A DNA stretch of 64,000 nt from an uncultured Phycisphaerales bacterium (GTDB lineage: Bacteria > Planctomycetota > Phycisphaerae > Tepidisphaerales > Tepidisphaeraceae), in NCBI GenBank assembly GCA_963755915.1, contig CAVWLP010000002.1, forward strand, positions 2,560,001-2,624,000, given 5' to 3'. Shown piece after piece: positions 42,301 to 51,312 of this stretch. The first letter of the stretch is position 1. Each line of letters opens with the position of its first letter. The position numbers and the translations under genes are program-made. The notes under the pieces are model-generated. The model had not been told where the DNA came from and did no database searches. It was given only the letters and a program-made list of their open reading frames with translations.

Positions 42301-43772
42301 GTGGAAATCCCGTTAAGCATCTATGAAGAAATAACCGGCCAGGGCGAACTTCCGCCGCCGGTCGATGAAGCAGACTTCGAGCGCCGCAAACATCGGCGTG
42401 TTCCGTTCGGATGCCGCGCGACGATTTTTCCCGAACGCAAGACCGGCGACAACACGCCCAGCGTGGTCATGGTTCGCGACATGTCGGTCGCAGGCCTGAG
42501 CATTCTCAATACCGAGCCGCTTAAACCTGGCACGCCATTCCTTGTCGAGTTTCGGGGGCGCCAGGATCGTCCCGTAAAAATCCGCTGCGCCGCTGCCCGC
42601 TGCGAAGCAGGTGGAGTCGGTGGATCGCAGTTTCTCGTGGGTGCAACGTTCGAAGCGCTGCTCACCGAAGAATTGAAGCCCACGGAAACCAAACCCCCGG
42701 AAACAACATCCGCGGAAACAACACCCCCGGAAACAGAGCCCCAACCATTGGACCCGTCGCCAGAAGAGCTGGTTGCCGCCACCACAGAGGAAACAGGCGA
42801 TCCTGTCGATGAAGACGCCATCGCCGAAGCGCTCCAGCCAGATGAAGCCGCGCCGGAACCGGTGGATGCGGTGGAAGCGCTGGAAGCGCCGCAAGAGGTG
42901 GATGCGCTGGCAGCGCTGGAAGCGCTGGACGCGCCGGAGGCCGAGCAGGCGCAACCGCAGGAGGAAGAAATTGCAGCGCCCGTGGAAGAATCACAACCTG
43001 CTGAGGAGACGGAAGAATCTGAACCCAACCCGGGCCCCGAGCCCGAGCCTGAACCGGAATTTGAACTAATAGATCAGGAATCGGAGGAACAAGTGACACC
43101 GCCCCCTACGCCCGCTGAACCAGCGCCTGTAAAGCCCATTGCCGCTAAACCTGCACCCGCGCCCGCCCCCAAGCCGGCCGCGCCGGCGGCAGCGCCTGCC
43201 CCGCGGCAAAACCGAAAACGTCTTCGCTCTTCAGCGGCGGCGCCAAGATCAAACCGCTGTCGGAACTTCCCGACGGGGATTACGGATCCGGTGAAGCTGC
43301 CGCTCCTAAGGCCGCCGCGGCGGCTCCTCCGCCGGAGGCGGCGCAGCCTCAGTTCCGCGTCATCGCGATGCCCATGCCCGAGCCGCAAAAGCACGCTGGG
43401 ACGGAAATGGAGCTAGGGCCTCAGGACTCTGACACGTCGGGCAGTGACGAGAGCCAGGAGACCCAGGAGACGCAGGAGACTCACGAAATCCGTCATGCGC
43501 CCATCGGCGCTGGAATGCACCACGAAATCCTGGCCCGCGCAAAGCAAACGCTGCTCGCCCAAAGCTCGACGATCAAGACCCAGCAGCAGCAGATCTTTGA
43601 ACAGCGGAAACAGATGAAGAAACTGGCCGACGAACTGGCTGCCCTGAAGCACAACATCCAGGACCTGCAGGGCAGAGTCACCGAGGACGACAGCGCGTTT
43701 GCCGAGCTGGCCGATGTGCTGGACCAGACCAAGCCACCGGAATCCCGGCCGAAAGCCAGCGAAGCCGCCTGA
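42301..43772 (+). CDS. PilZ-domain protein with acidic/Pro-rich linker and C-terminal coiled coil (frameshift near 43200-43370)
   Basis: c-di-GMP motifs RRKHRR (RxxxR) and DMSVAG (DxSxxG); GGAGGAG RBS; ORF 43368-43772 is the coiled-coil end. Confidence 0.72.
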
Positions 43773-43811
43773 CCTGCCGAAGGAGCGGTCTATCCGGTAT
43801 CATCTAAACCG

Positions 43812-44774
43812 ATGGAATACCGCGTCCTGGGCAATACGGGCCTGAAAATCTCGGCGTTAAGTTTCGGCGCATCATCGCTGGGCGGCGTCTTTCGCGACGT
43901 GAAGGAAGAAGAGGCCATCCGAGCCGTTCGTGTTTCGCTCGACAACGGAATCAATTTCATCGACACCTCCCCCTTTTACGGGCTGACGAAATCTGAAACG
44001 GTTCTGGGAAAGGCCCTGAAAGGCGTTCGCCGGGATCGGTACGTGCTGGCGACCAAGGTGGGCCGGTATGGCCAGGAAATGGCCGACTTCGATTTTTCGG
44101 CGAAGCGCGTGATTGCCGGCGTCGATGAAAGCCTGGCCCGCCTGGGCGTCGATCACGTCGATTTCATTCAAGCTCACGACATCGAGTTCGGCAACCTCGA
44201 CCAGGTCATCAGCGAAACGATTCCCGCGCTGCGGAAAGTGCAGGAAGCCGGCAAAGCGCGATTTGTGGGGGTGACTGGGCTGCCGATGAAATCCATCCGC
44301 CGGGTGGTTGAATCGGTCGCGGTCGACACGATTCTGAGCTACTGCCATTTCGAGCTGAACGACACGGCCCTGGCTGACCATATCCCGCTCTTTAAACGCT
44401 GCGGCGTGGGGATTATCAACGCCTCGCCGTTGGGAATGGGCCTGCTGAGCAACCGCGGCACGCCGGACTGGCATCCCGCGCCGAAAGAATTGAAAGAGGT
44501 CTGCGCGGGCGGCCGCGCATTGCAAGGCGCGGGCGCGAGCATCGAAAAGCTCGCGGTTCAATATTCCCTTTCGAATCCGGAAATCACCACGACGATCGTC
44601 GGCTCTGCCGACCCGGCCAACATGCTGCGCAACATCCAGTGGGCGGGGGAAGCGATCGACCGCAATCTGCTCGGCGAGGTGCTGGGGATTTTGAAACTGG
44701 TCCACAACCTCACCTGGATCTCCGGCGCGAGGAGAACAACTGACGTCGCGCGCAGTGCACGGAGGCGATTATGA
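43812..44774 (+). CDS. Aldo/keto reductase, L-galactose dehydrogenase-like
   Basis: MEYRVLGNTGLKISALSFGASSLG, GINFIDTSPFYG, ATKVGRY, QAHDIEF, INASPLGMGLL. Confidence 0.88.
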   Translation: MEYRVLGNTGLKISALSFGASSLGGVFRDVKEEEAIRAVRVSLDNGINFIDTSPFYGLTKSETVLGKALKGVRRDRYVLATKVGRYGQEMADFDFSAKRVIAGVDESLARLGVDHVDFIQAHDIEFGNLDQVISETIPALRKVQEAGKARFVGVTGLPMKSIRRVVESVAVDTILSYCHFELNDTALADHIPLFKRCGVGIINASPLGMGLLSNRGTPDWHPAPKELKEVCAGGRALQGAGASIEKLAVQYSLSNPEITTTIVGSADPANMLRNIQWAGEAIDRNLLGEVLGILKLVHNLTWISGARRTTDVARSARRRL

Positions 44775-45601
44775 TCATCGACTCACACAATCATTTCTGG
44801 AAATACGATCCGGCCGACTACGCGTGGATCGATGACTCGATGTCGATCATCCGCCGGGATTTTTTGCCCGCCGATCTGCGCGACCCGATGCAGGCCGCGG
44901 GCGTCGATGGCACAATTGCCGTGCAGGCGCGGCAATCCCTGGAAGAGACGCACTGGCTGCTGAACCTCGCGGCCGAGAATGCGTCGATTCGCGGAGTCGT
45001 CGGCTGGGTGCCGCTGGTTTCCGAGCATGTGCGGCGCGAATTGGAAACCGTGGGCGCCGACCCGAAACTGCGCGGCGTGCGTCACGTGCTGCAGGGCGAA
45101 TCCGAAGACCACTTCATGCTGCGCGACGATTTCAACCGCGGCGTGGGAATTCTCAAGGAATTCGGCCTTGCCTACGACATCCTGATCTTCGAGCGGCATC
45201 TGCCGGTCGCGGGGCGGTTCGTCGATCGCCATCCCGAGCAGATTTTCATCCTCGATCATCTGGCCAAGCCGAAGATCAAATCGGCCGAGCGCGAGCCCTG
45301 GGCGAAAAATTTGCAGGAGCTGGCCAAGCGCCCCAACGTCTATTGCAAGGCATCCGGAATTGTCACGGAAGCCGACTGGCAATCCTGGACCCCGCCGGGT
45401 TTGCGCGAATACTTCGACATCGCCCTGGAAGCGTTCGGACCCGATCGCATCATGGCGGGCTCCGATTGGCCCGTCTGCCTGGTCGCCTGCGGGTATAAGC
45501 GCTGGTGGGACATTCTTCGCGAATGGATTTCGGCACTGAGCGAAACGGAACAGTCAAAAATTCTCGGCGACAATGCCGTCAGGGCGTACAAACTGAAATG
45601 A
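44771..45601 (+). CDS. Amidohydrolase-2 family sugar lactonase (L-fucono/L-galactono-1,5-lactonase-like)
   Basis: IIDSHNHFW, GVRHVLQ, ILDHLAKP, VYCKASG, GSDWPV. Confidence 0.88.
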   Translation: MIIDSHNHFWKYDPADYAWIDDSMSIIRRDFLPADLRDPMQAAGVDGTIAVQARQSLEETHWLLNLAAENASIRGVVGWVPLVSEHVRRELETVGADPKLRGVRHVLQGESEDHFMLRDDFNRGVGILKEFGLAYDILIFERHLPVAGRFVDRHPEQIFILDHLAKPKIKSAEREPWAKNLQELAKRPNVYCKASGIVTEADWQSWTPPGLREYFDIALEAFGPDRIMAGSDWPVCLVACGYKRWWDILREWISALSETEQSKILGDNAVRAYKLK

Positions 45602-46617
45602 AAACCATCGTCCTTGAAAAGCCCGGCGAGTTGCGACGAACGGAGACGACCGCGCCGGCGGATGTGCCGCGGGGAAATGCGCTGGTTCGCGTCGGCCGAA
45701 TCGGAATCTGCGGGACCGACTGGCACGCCTTCCGCGGCAAGCAGCCGTTCTTCACTTATCCGCGCGTGCTTGGGCACGAGCTGGGCGTCATCGTCGAATC
45801 GGTCAACGATGCCTCGACGGATCTGAAGCCGGGCGACAAATGCGTGGTCGAGCCCTATCTGAACTGCGGCGCCTGCATCGCCTGCCGGCGCGGCAAACCG
45901 AATTGCTGCGTGAACCTGAGAGTCATGGGCGTTCACGTCGACGGCGGGATGCGGGAGCAGATGATCGTGCCGGCAGCCAAGCTCCACCGCTCGAAAAGTT
46001 TGTCGCTGGAAGAGCTTGCCCTAGTCGAGCCGCTGGGCATCGGCTGCCATGCCGTGGATCGCGCCGGGATTTCCGCCGGCGAATGGGTGGCGGTTATCGG
46101 CGCAGGGCCGATTGGACTCTCGGTCATGCCGTTCGCGCGGGCGGCGGGGGCAAATGTCATCGTACTGGACATCAGTTCCACCCGGCTTGAGTTTTGCCGC
46201 AAGAGCATGGGCATCCAGCACACGATCGACGTCTCAACCGCCGATGCGCAAAGTGAATTGAAAAACCTCACCAGCGGCGATTTGCCGACGTGCGTCATCG
46301 ACGCAACGGGAAACGCTCAGTCGATGGCCCGGTGTTTCGAACTTGTCGGGGGCGGCGGTAGGATCGTCTTCGTCGGTTTGTTTCAGGGCGATCTGACCTT
46401 CAACGATCCGAATTTTCACCGCCGGGAATTGACCATCCTGGCATCGCGCAATTCCCGGCCCCAGGATTTCGAGAAGATCATCGGGATGGCCGAGCGCGGG
46501 GAAATCGATACTAGGCCCTGGATCACCCACCGCATTGGAATCGACGCCGTGCCGGACAAATTCGCGGCGCTGCTTGCGCCGGAATCGGGCGTGCTCAAGG
46601 CGATCATCGAAGTCTGA
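45598..46617 (+). CDS. Zn-dependent alcohol dehydrogenase, L-galactonate dehydrogenase-like
   Basis: GICGTDWH, LGHE, CGACIACRRGKPNCC, GAGPIG, FHRRELTILASRN. Confidence 0.88.
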   Translation: MKTIVLEKPGELRRTETTAPADVPRGNALVRVGRIGICGTDWHAFRGKQPFFTYPRVLGHELGVIVESVNDASTDLKPGDKCVVEPYLNCGACIACRRGKPNCCVNLRVMGVHVDGGMREQMIVPAAKLHRSKSLSLEELALVEPLGIGCHAVDRAGISAGEWVAVIGAGPIGLSVMPFARAAGANVIVLDISSTRLEFCRKSMGIQHTIDVSTADAQSELKNLTSGDLPTCVIDATGNAQSMARCFELVGGGGRIVFVGLFQGDLTFNDPNFHRRELTILASRNSRPQDFEKIIGMAERGEIDTRPWITHRIGIDAVPDKFAALLAPESGVLKAIIEV

Positions 46618-46623
46618 TCCAAC

Positions 46624-47531
46624 TCACTCATGCGGGGGCGGCAAGGTTCCAAGCACTGAGACCACCGCGATGATCGCGATCGCGCAGATGATCTCGATGA
46701 GAGTCGTGATCTGCATCAGCAGCGCCGCTCGCGACGGATTCGGATGACGAGCGGCCATTCGCGGTTTCAGCAGCAGCAGGTTCACGGCCCCGATCGCAAC
46801 GGCGACGGAGAAAATGCAAATCTTTTCGAGCAACGTGCGGCCGTAGGCGGTTTTGGAGAGATCACTGAGGGAATTCAGCATGAAGCAGGAGTTCAGCAGG
46901 CCGGACGCGATAAGCCCTGCGACGCTGAGAAGGCTCATCATGGAAAAACGCCGGGTGATTTTTGCGAGCGATTGCCACTGTGCGCCGCGGCGGAGGCTCC
47001 AGAGCATCAGGGCAAACGGGATTAGCCCGATTGGCCACGCCGCGGCGATCAGCAGGTGCAGGCTGTCAGCGAGAAGGTGCAACCGATTCGATCCGTACCG
47101 TCCATGGCCGGACCAGGCCAGGCTCCCAAGCAGGATCACGCCAAGCAGAGTGACAAGAAGGCGTCTCAATTTCGGCGGCCGCAAGACGAGGGAAATCGAA
47201 AGCCCGATGAAGACAACGGAGCGCAATTGCCAAAGCTGGCCGAATTTTGTATCCCGCCAGACCATTCCCATGATGTGGGGCTGCATCGCTTGCTCGAATG
47301 GGAATCCGCTCATTCCCATCACGATCAATGCGAACCACATCACGCCCGACAGCGCCGCCGCCGGCAGGCGCAAAACACAAGCCATCGCTCGATTTTTGCC
47401 CACGCCGCCGGCGGCGAGCCGATTTCGCCGCGCATCACCAGCAAATCAAGCCAGCAGACCGACACGAGCAGCAGGCACGCGCCAAAATGAACGGCCCGCG
47501 CGATCACCAGCGGCAAATCGCTCTGATTCAT
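46624..47531 (-). CDS. copD: Copper resistance inner-membrane protein CopD (frameshift near 47410)
   Basis: ARAVHFGACLLL, TKFGQLWQLR, LAWSGHG, LHLLIAAAWPIGL, RRFS, TAYGRTLLEK, LGTLPP. Confidence 0.85.
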
Positions 47532-47534
47532 CGA

Positions 47535-47905
47535 TCACTTCCCCGCTTTGACGGTGAATTTAAAATCTCCCTGCGTGTGGTGCGTATCGACCGATACGAC
47601 TTTCCAGGAGACCGAATATTCGCCGTCGGGAAGACTCGGCAGCGAGACAATCAGTAGCTTCTCGTCGTCGCTATCGACGTGCGAATCCTGCTTGTCCACC
47701 TCCTTTCCGTGGCTGTCGGTCACTTCGATCACGCTGAAATCCGGCTCGATTTCCTGCGTGTACCAGATTTTCACGACGGTCGGCGAAACGCTCACGACTG
47801 ACCCGACTTTCGGATCGGCATGATCCAGAAACGCATGCGCCGAGCGCCGGGGGAAAGGATCAGCAACGCCGAAATCGCGAGGGTTGGGAGCAATGAAGTT
47901 TTCAT
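47535..47905 (-). CDS. copC: Periplasmic copper-binding protein CopC (frameshift in the signal peptide)
   Basis: AHAFLDHADPKVG, EIEPDFS, YSVSWKVVSVDTHHTQGDFKFTV. Confidence 0.88.
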
Positions 47906-47907
47906 AA

Positions 47908-48816
47908 TTAGTCCTTTCCAAAAATGGGATTGCCAAAGATTTTGGGAAACAGATCGTCGATAAAAATCCAGGTGTTAAGGACGAAGCCAACGTTTGAACC
48001 GCTTTTGCCATTGACCGGAATAACCGCCTCGACACCCAATTCGCAAACGGGCGTCTCCCAAAGAACGCCGGGGTTGATCGTGCCGGTGGTGAAGCCGCGG
48101 TTGCCGCGGTTTTCATTGGTAGCCAGGTTGAATTCGACGAGTGGGATCATGTCTTTGAAGGGCTCCGGCAGGCCGACGTCCTTCACGTTCTCCTGAAGAT
48201 AGGGCAGGCTGTATTCGACGGCGAAACCCCACTGAAACTGGTTGGCATCGCTGGCGAGCGTGGGAAAGGTCTGCCCCAGGACGCCCGTGACAGCCAGCGG
48301 CCTGAGGAAGTCGACCGAGTCGGGCAAATCGCCAAAGCCCTTCCCAAAGTAGAATGTTGGGGTAAGGATCGAAGATGGATCAGCCACGTTGGAGCTGCCG
48401 GTCTTGCCAAGGTCGCTGACCAATCCCACGGAAACGATTGCTTCATGGGGGTCGTTTTGCCAGAGCTGGTACTTGGCGGAGATCTCGATGTCGTCCCAGC
48501 CATAATTCGAAGGTTGGCCTCGGCCGCTTTGGGAAACGTAATCATCCGAGATTCCAATGGCGAAATGGGGGAGAATCTCTTTGTCGAATTCCATGCCCCA
48601 GTCCGTTTCACGGCTGCCGGGGACTCCATCGTCGGCTGGGTCGCCAAAGGCTGTGAAGGAGGGAAGATCCAGCTCGTCTACTGCGAACGGATCGTCTGTA
48701 GCAATCGTCGGCGGAAAAAAACGGTCGCCGACAAAACCGTGCGCGGAGCAAAAGACGGGACAAGCCAGCAGCACGGCCAGCGCAATGGCCGCGGCGGCGG
48801 ATCGTTTGGCAAACAT
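47908..48816 (-). CDS. Putative outer-membrane beta-barrel with N-terminal His, cop-associated
   Basis: Signal peptide ending CSA|HGFVGDRFFPPTIATDDP; alternating aromatic beta-strands; directly upstream of copC. Confidence 0.68.
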   Translation of the reverse strand: MFAKRSAAAAIALAVLLACPVFCSAHGFVGDRFFPPTIATDDPFAVDELDLPSFTAFGDPADDGVPGSRETDWGMEFDKEILPHFAIGISDDYVSQSGRGQPSNYGWDDIEISAKYQLWQNDPHEAIVSVGLVSDLGKTGSSNVADPSSILTPTFYFGKGFGDLPDSVDFLRPLAVTGVLGQTFPTLASDANQFQWGFAVEYSLPYLQENVKDVGLPEPFKDMIPLVEFNLATNENRGNRGFTTGTINPGVLWETPVCELGVEAVIPVNGKSGSNVGFVLNTWIFIDDLFPKIFGNPIFGKD

Positions 48817-48880
48817 GTGAAGATGCCTTGGCGCAGGCGCCGGTAAGACAATCGTCAGTGCGAAATCGCGATGAGATGGA

Positions 48881-49243
48881 TCAGACGATGGCTGGCGGGC
48901 CGCGACCGTCGAAGGGGATCAGGGTGATGCGGGCAATCGCTCGCCGCGCTATTTCCGCCTCGGCGGGGCCGAGAAGCTTCAGCGGTGGGGGGGTGAAATC
49001 GACTGCTGGCGGCACGCTCAGGTGGGCCGCGAAATTGCAGATCGCGCAAGTGCTTGCGGGGCCGCCCTGGGGATCGTGCTTTGGATCACCAGGATGAGAA
49101 GGTGTCGCCTCCCCGCAGCAGCAGCAGGGGCAGACGGCTGCCCCGGGCATTTGGACGATGCCCCGCCTATGGCCCGGTACGATGACGTTGAGCCAGATCG
49201 CTTCGAAGATTGCCAGGGCGATGCAAAGCCCCCGCTGGCGCAT
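48881..49243 (-). CDS. DUF2946-like leader protein (CXXC + C-terminal RGPP)
   Basis: N-terminal hydrophobic segment, CPCCCC, CAIC, Pro-rich spacer, ends DGRGPPAIV 64 bp before the cop genes. Confidence 0.75.
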   Translation of the reverse strand: MRQRGLCIALAIFEAIWLNVIVPGHRRGIVQMPGAAVCPCCCCGEATPSHPGDPKHDPQGGPASTCAICNFAAHLSVPPAVDFTPPPLKLLGPAEAEIARRAIARITLIPFDGRGPPAIV

Positions 49244-49279
49244 GGGCCCAAAGCCTAACCCGTGTTGATTGAAAAGCAA

Positions 49280-51055
49280 TTAAGCGCGCCGGCGGCGACA
49301 GACCAGGATCAATCCGCCGGCGGCCAGAATTCCCACGGAAATTGGCTCGGGCACGTCGGCGGTGAGGCCATTGGCGATGGCGAACTGGTCGAGGGCCTGG
49401 ACATCCGCGCCGCTGTCGCCCTGGCCGAAGTTGGCCGCGAGGGCGCTGAAATCGGATCCGTTCACGCTGGAGGTGAAGAGGAAATTGCCCTGGTCCCAGT
49501 TGGTGGCGCCGGATCCGAAGTTGGCGGCGAGGATGCTGAAGTCTGAGCCGTTCACGGAGCCGTCGAGGTTCGCGTCGCCGAGCAGGGTATATTTCAGCTC
49601 GATCTGGCCGCTGCTCAGGCCCGTGACGACTTTGTCGGCGCCGTCGGCGAAGCCGATGCCATAGTGGCTGTTGGCTGCCGCGGCGGAGCTGATGATTCCC
49701 GGGCCGTTCCAGTGTCCGTTATTGAATCCGGTGAGGAGATATCCGCGGATGGCGGCGATCGGATCGCTGCCGCTGGTGTAATTGAGGATGATGTGGTTGT
49801 TTTCGATATCGAGCGCGGCGGTTGAGGCGATGGTGAGCGACGAGAAGGTTTCCAGGCCGGTGTTGGTCGCGAGTTGGACGAGGGCGGAATTGTTGATCGT
49901 CAGGGGCTCATTTGTCGAGAGGGCGTTCTGGGCGGCGACGATCAGATCTCCGGCGTCCACGATGGTTCCGCCGGTGAAACTGTTTTTCGTGGAGATCGTC
50001 AGGGTGCTGGTTCCCTCCTTGAGGATGTTGGCTCTTCCGCTGATCGCGCCGGTTCCGGTGATGGTAAAGTTATTGGTGTTGCTGTTTACCGTGACGAGAT
50101 CGGGAGAGACGGTGGTGTTGAGGGTTACGCTGGTGGGAATGCCGGCGCCGTCGGCGAAGGTGACGAAATCGGGGTCGGCGTAGGTGGTGCTGGAGCCGTT
50201 GGTCCAGTTGGCGGTGCCGGTGTTCCAGGCGGCGCTTGAGCTTCCGGTCCAGGTGATGGAGGGGGCGATGTAGACTGCCAATACGCTGGAGTCGAACGTC
50301 GTATTGTTGGGGATTCCAGTTTGGCCATAGGTTGGGTCATTGGCGGGAGAGCTTGTCTCGTAGTACCAATCGTTCACTCCACCACCCTGGGTAACAAGGG
50401 GCTCAAGTCCAACGAGGCCTGTACTGACAGTCTGATATTGCAACTGGCTGAAAAACGCGCTGGCCGCGCTGGGGGAGGCCGTCGCGCCGCCCCACAACGC
50501 CAGGCGTTGAATGCCCGATGGAGTCTGCGAACTCGGCGAGGTGTAAGTTAGTTGGTAGATGAACTGGTTATCTACTCCCACCATTCCGTTGCCCGCTTCG
50601 ACGTCCCCGGTTTCGGTAATCGTATTTGAAGAGACGTTCTGGAGGACATCGGTGGCGTCGTATAAGCCACTGCCGAGACTAGCCCCCAAGACCGGCGCAA
50701 GCATCGATGCGGTCGTATCGGTCGACGCAACCTCGTATTGGCAACTGGCCAGCCCGAGATACGCCGGTTGTCCCGGATCCGCCGCGTCGCCATTCACGTT
50801 TCCGGCCAGGATAGTAGATACGCCGAATTCAAAATAATCGCCCAAAGGAACGAAGACGGTCGGCGAAGTCGGCGAGAGGGAGACGGTCTGGGCGCCGCTG
50901 AATGACGAATTCGTGGAGATTTCCCCGGAGATGAAGTAAGTGCCAAGCGTAACCTGCCCATCGGCGGTACGGGCGTAAAGTCCGGCAACACTTGCGACAG
51001 CAAGAGACAAAGCGGTCCTAGATAAAGTCGCCTTGGGGGACTTGCGCATCCTCAC
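49280..51055 (-). CDS. PEP-CTERM exoprotein: unknown N-domain + autotransporter-associated beta-strand repeat + dockerin-like tail
   Basis: LSLAVASVAG signal; [58 protein letters not shown]. Confidence 0.85.
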   Translation of the reverse strand: MRMRKSPKATLSRTALSLAVASVAGLYARTADGQVTLGTYFISGEISTNSSFSGAQTVSLSPTSPTVFVPLGDYFEFGVSTILAGNVNGDAADPGQPAYLGLASCQYEVASTDTTASMLAPVLGASLGSGLYDATDVLQNVSSNTITETGDVEAGNGMVGVDNQFIYQLTYTSPSSQTPSGIQRLALWGGATASPSAASAFFSQLQYQTVSTGLVGLEPLVTQGGGVNDWYYETSSPANDPTYGQTGIPNNTTFDSSVLAVYIAPSITWTGSSSAAWNTGTANWTNGSSTTYADPDFVTFADGAGIPTSVTLNTTVSPDLVTVNSNTNNFTITGTGAISGRANILKEGTSTLTISTKNSFTGGTIVDAGDLIVAAQNALSTNEPLTINNSALVQLATNTGLETFSSLTIASTAALDIENNHIILNYTSGSDPIAAIRGYLLTGFNNGHWNGPGIISSAAAANSHYGIGFADGADKVVTGLSSGQIELKYTLLGDANLDGSVNGSDFSILAANFGSGATNWDQGNFLFTSSVNGSDFSALAANFGQGDSGADVQALDQFAIANGLTADVPEPISVGILAAGGLILVCRRRRA

Positions 51056-51312
51056 ACTCTCCGCGATTGGGTTATTATACCCGTAAAAGTGGGCTGGGGG
51101 CGGGGCTTAACGTCCTCAAAACCGAATGGGAATCTGGGTAAGCACGTTTCTCCAACTCGGCAGGTTATCGAACACCAACCTCAACCTTTTTGGCTGAAAA
51201 ACCCCCAAAATTTATGCAAATCTTCATGCCGCATTGAGGTTCATGAGGTATGCTGGCGAACCCCGCTGCTCGGGCATAAGTAACATTCGGCGGGGATTGG
51301 CGGAACAGAGAA

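Noticed and set aside
48881-49243. Cys-rich small ORF as a RiPP precursor or metallothionein
   Set aside because: No modifying enzymes nearby; the signal-like N-terminus, CXXC and terminal RGPP ahead of cop genes fit a DUF2946-type leader better
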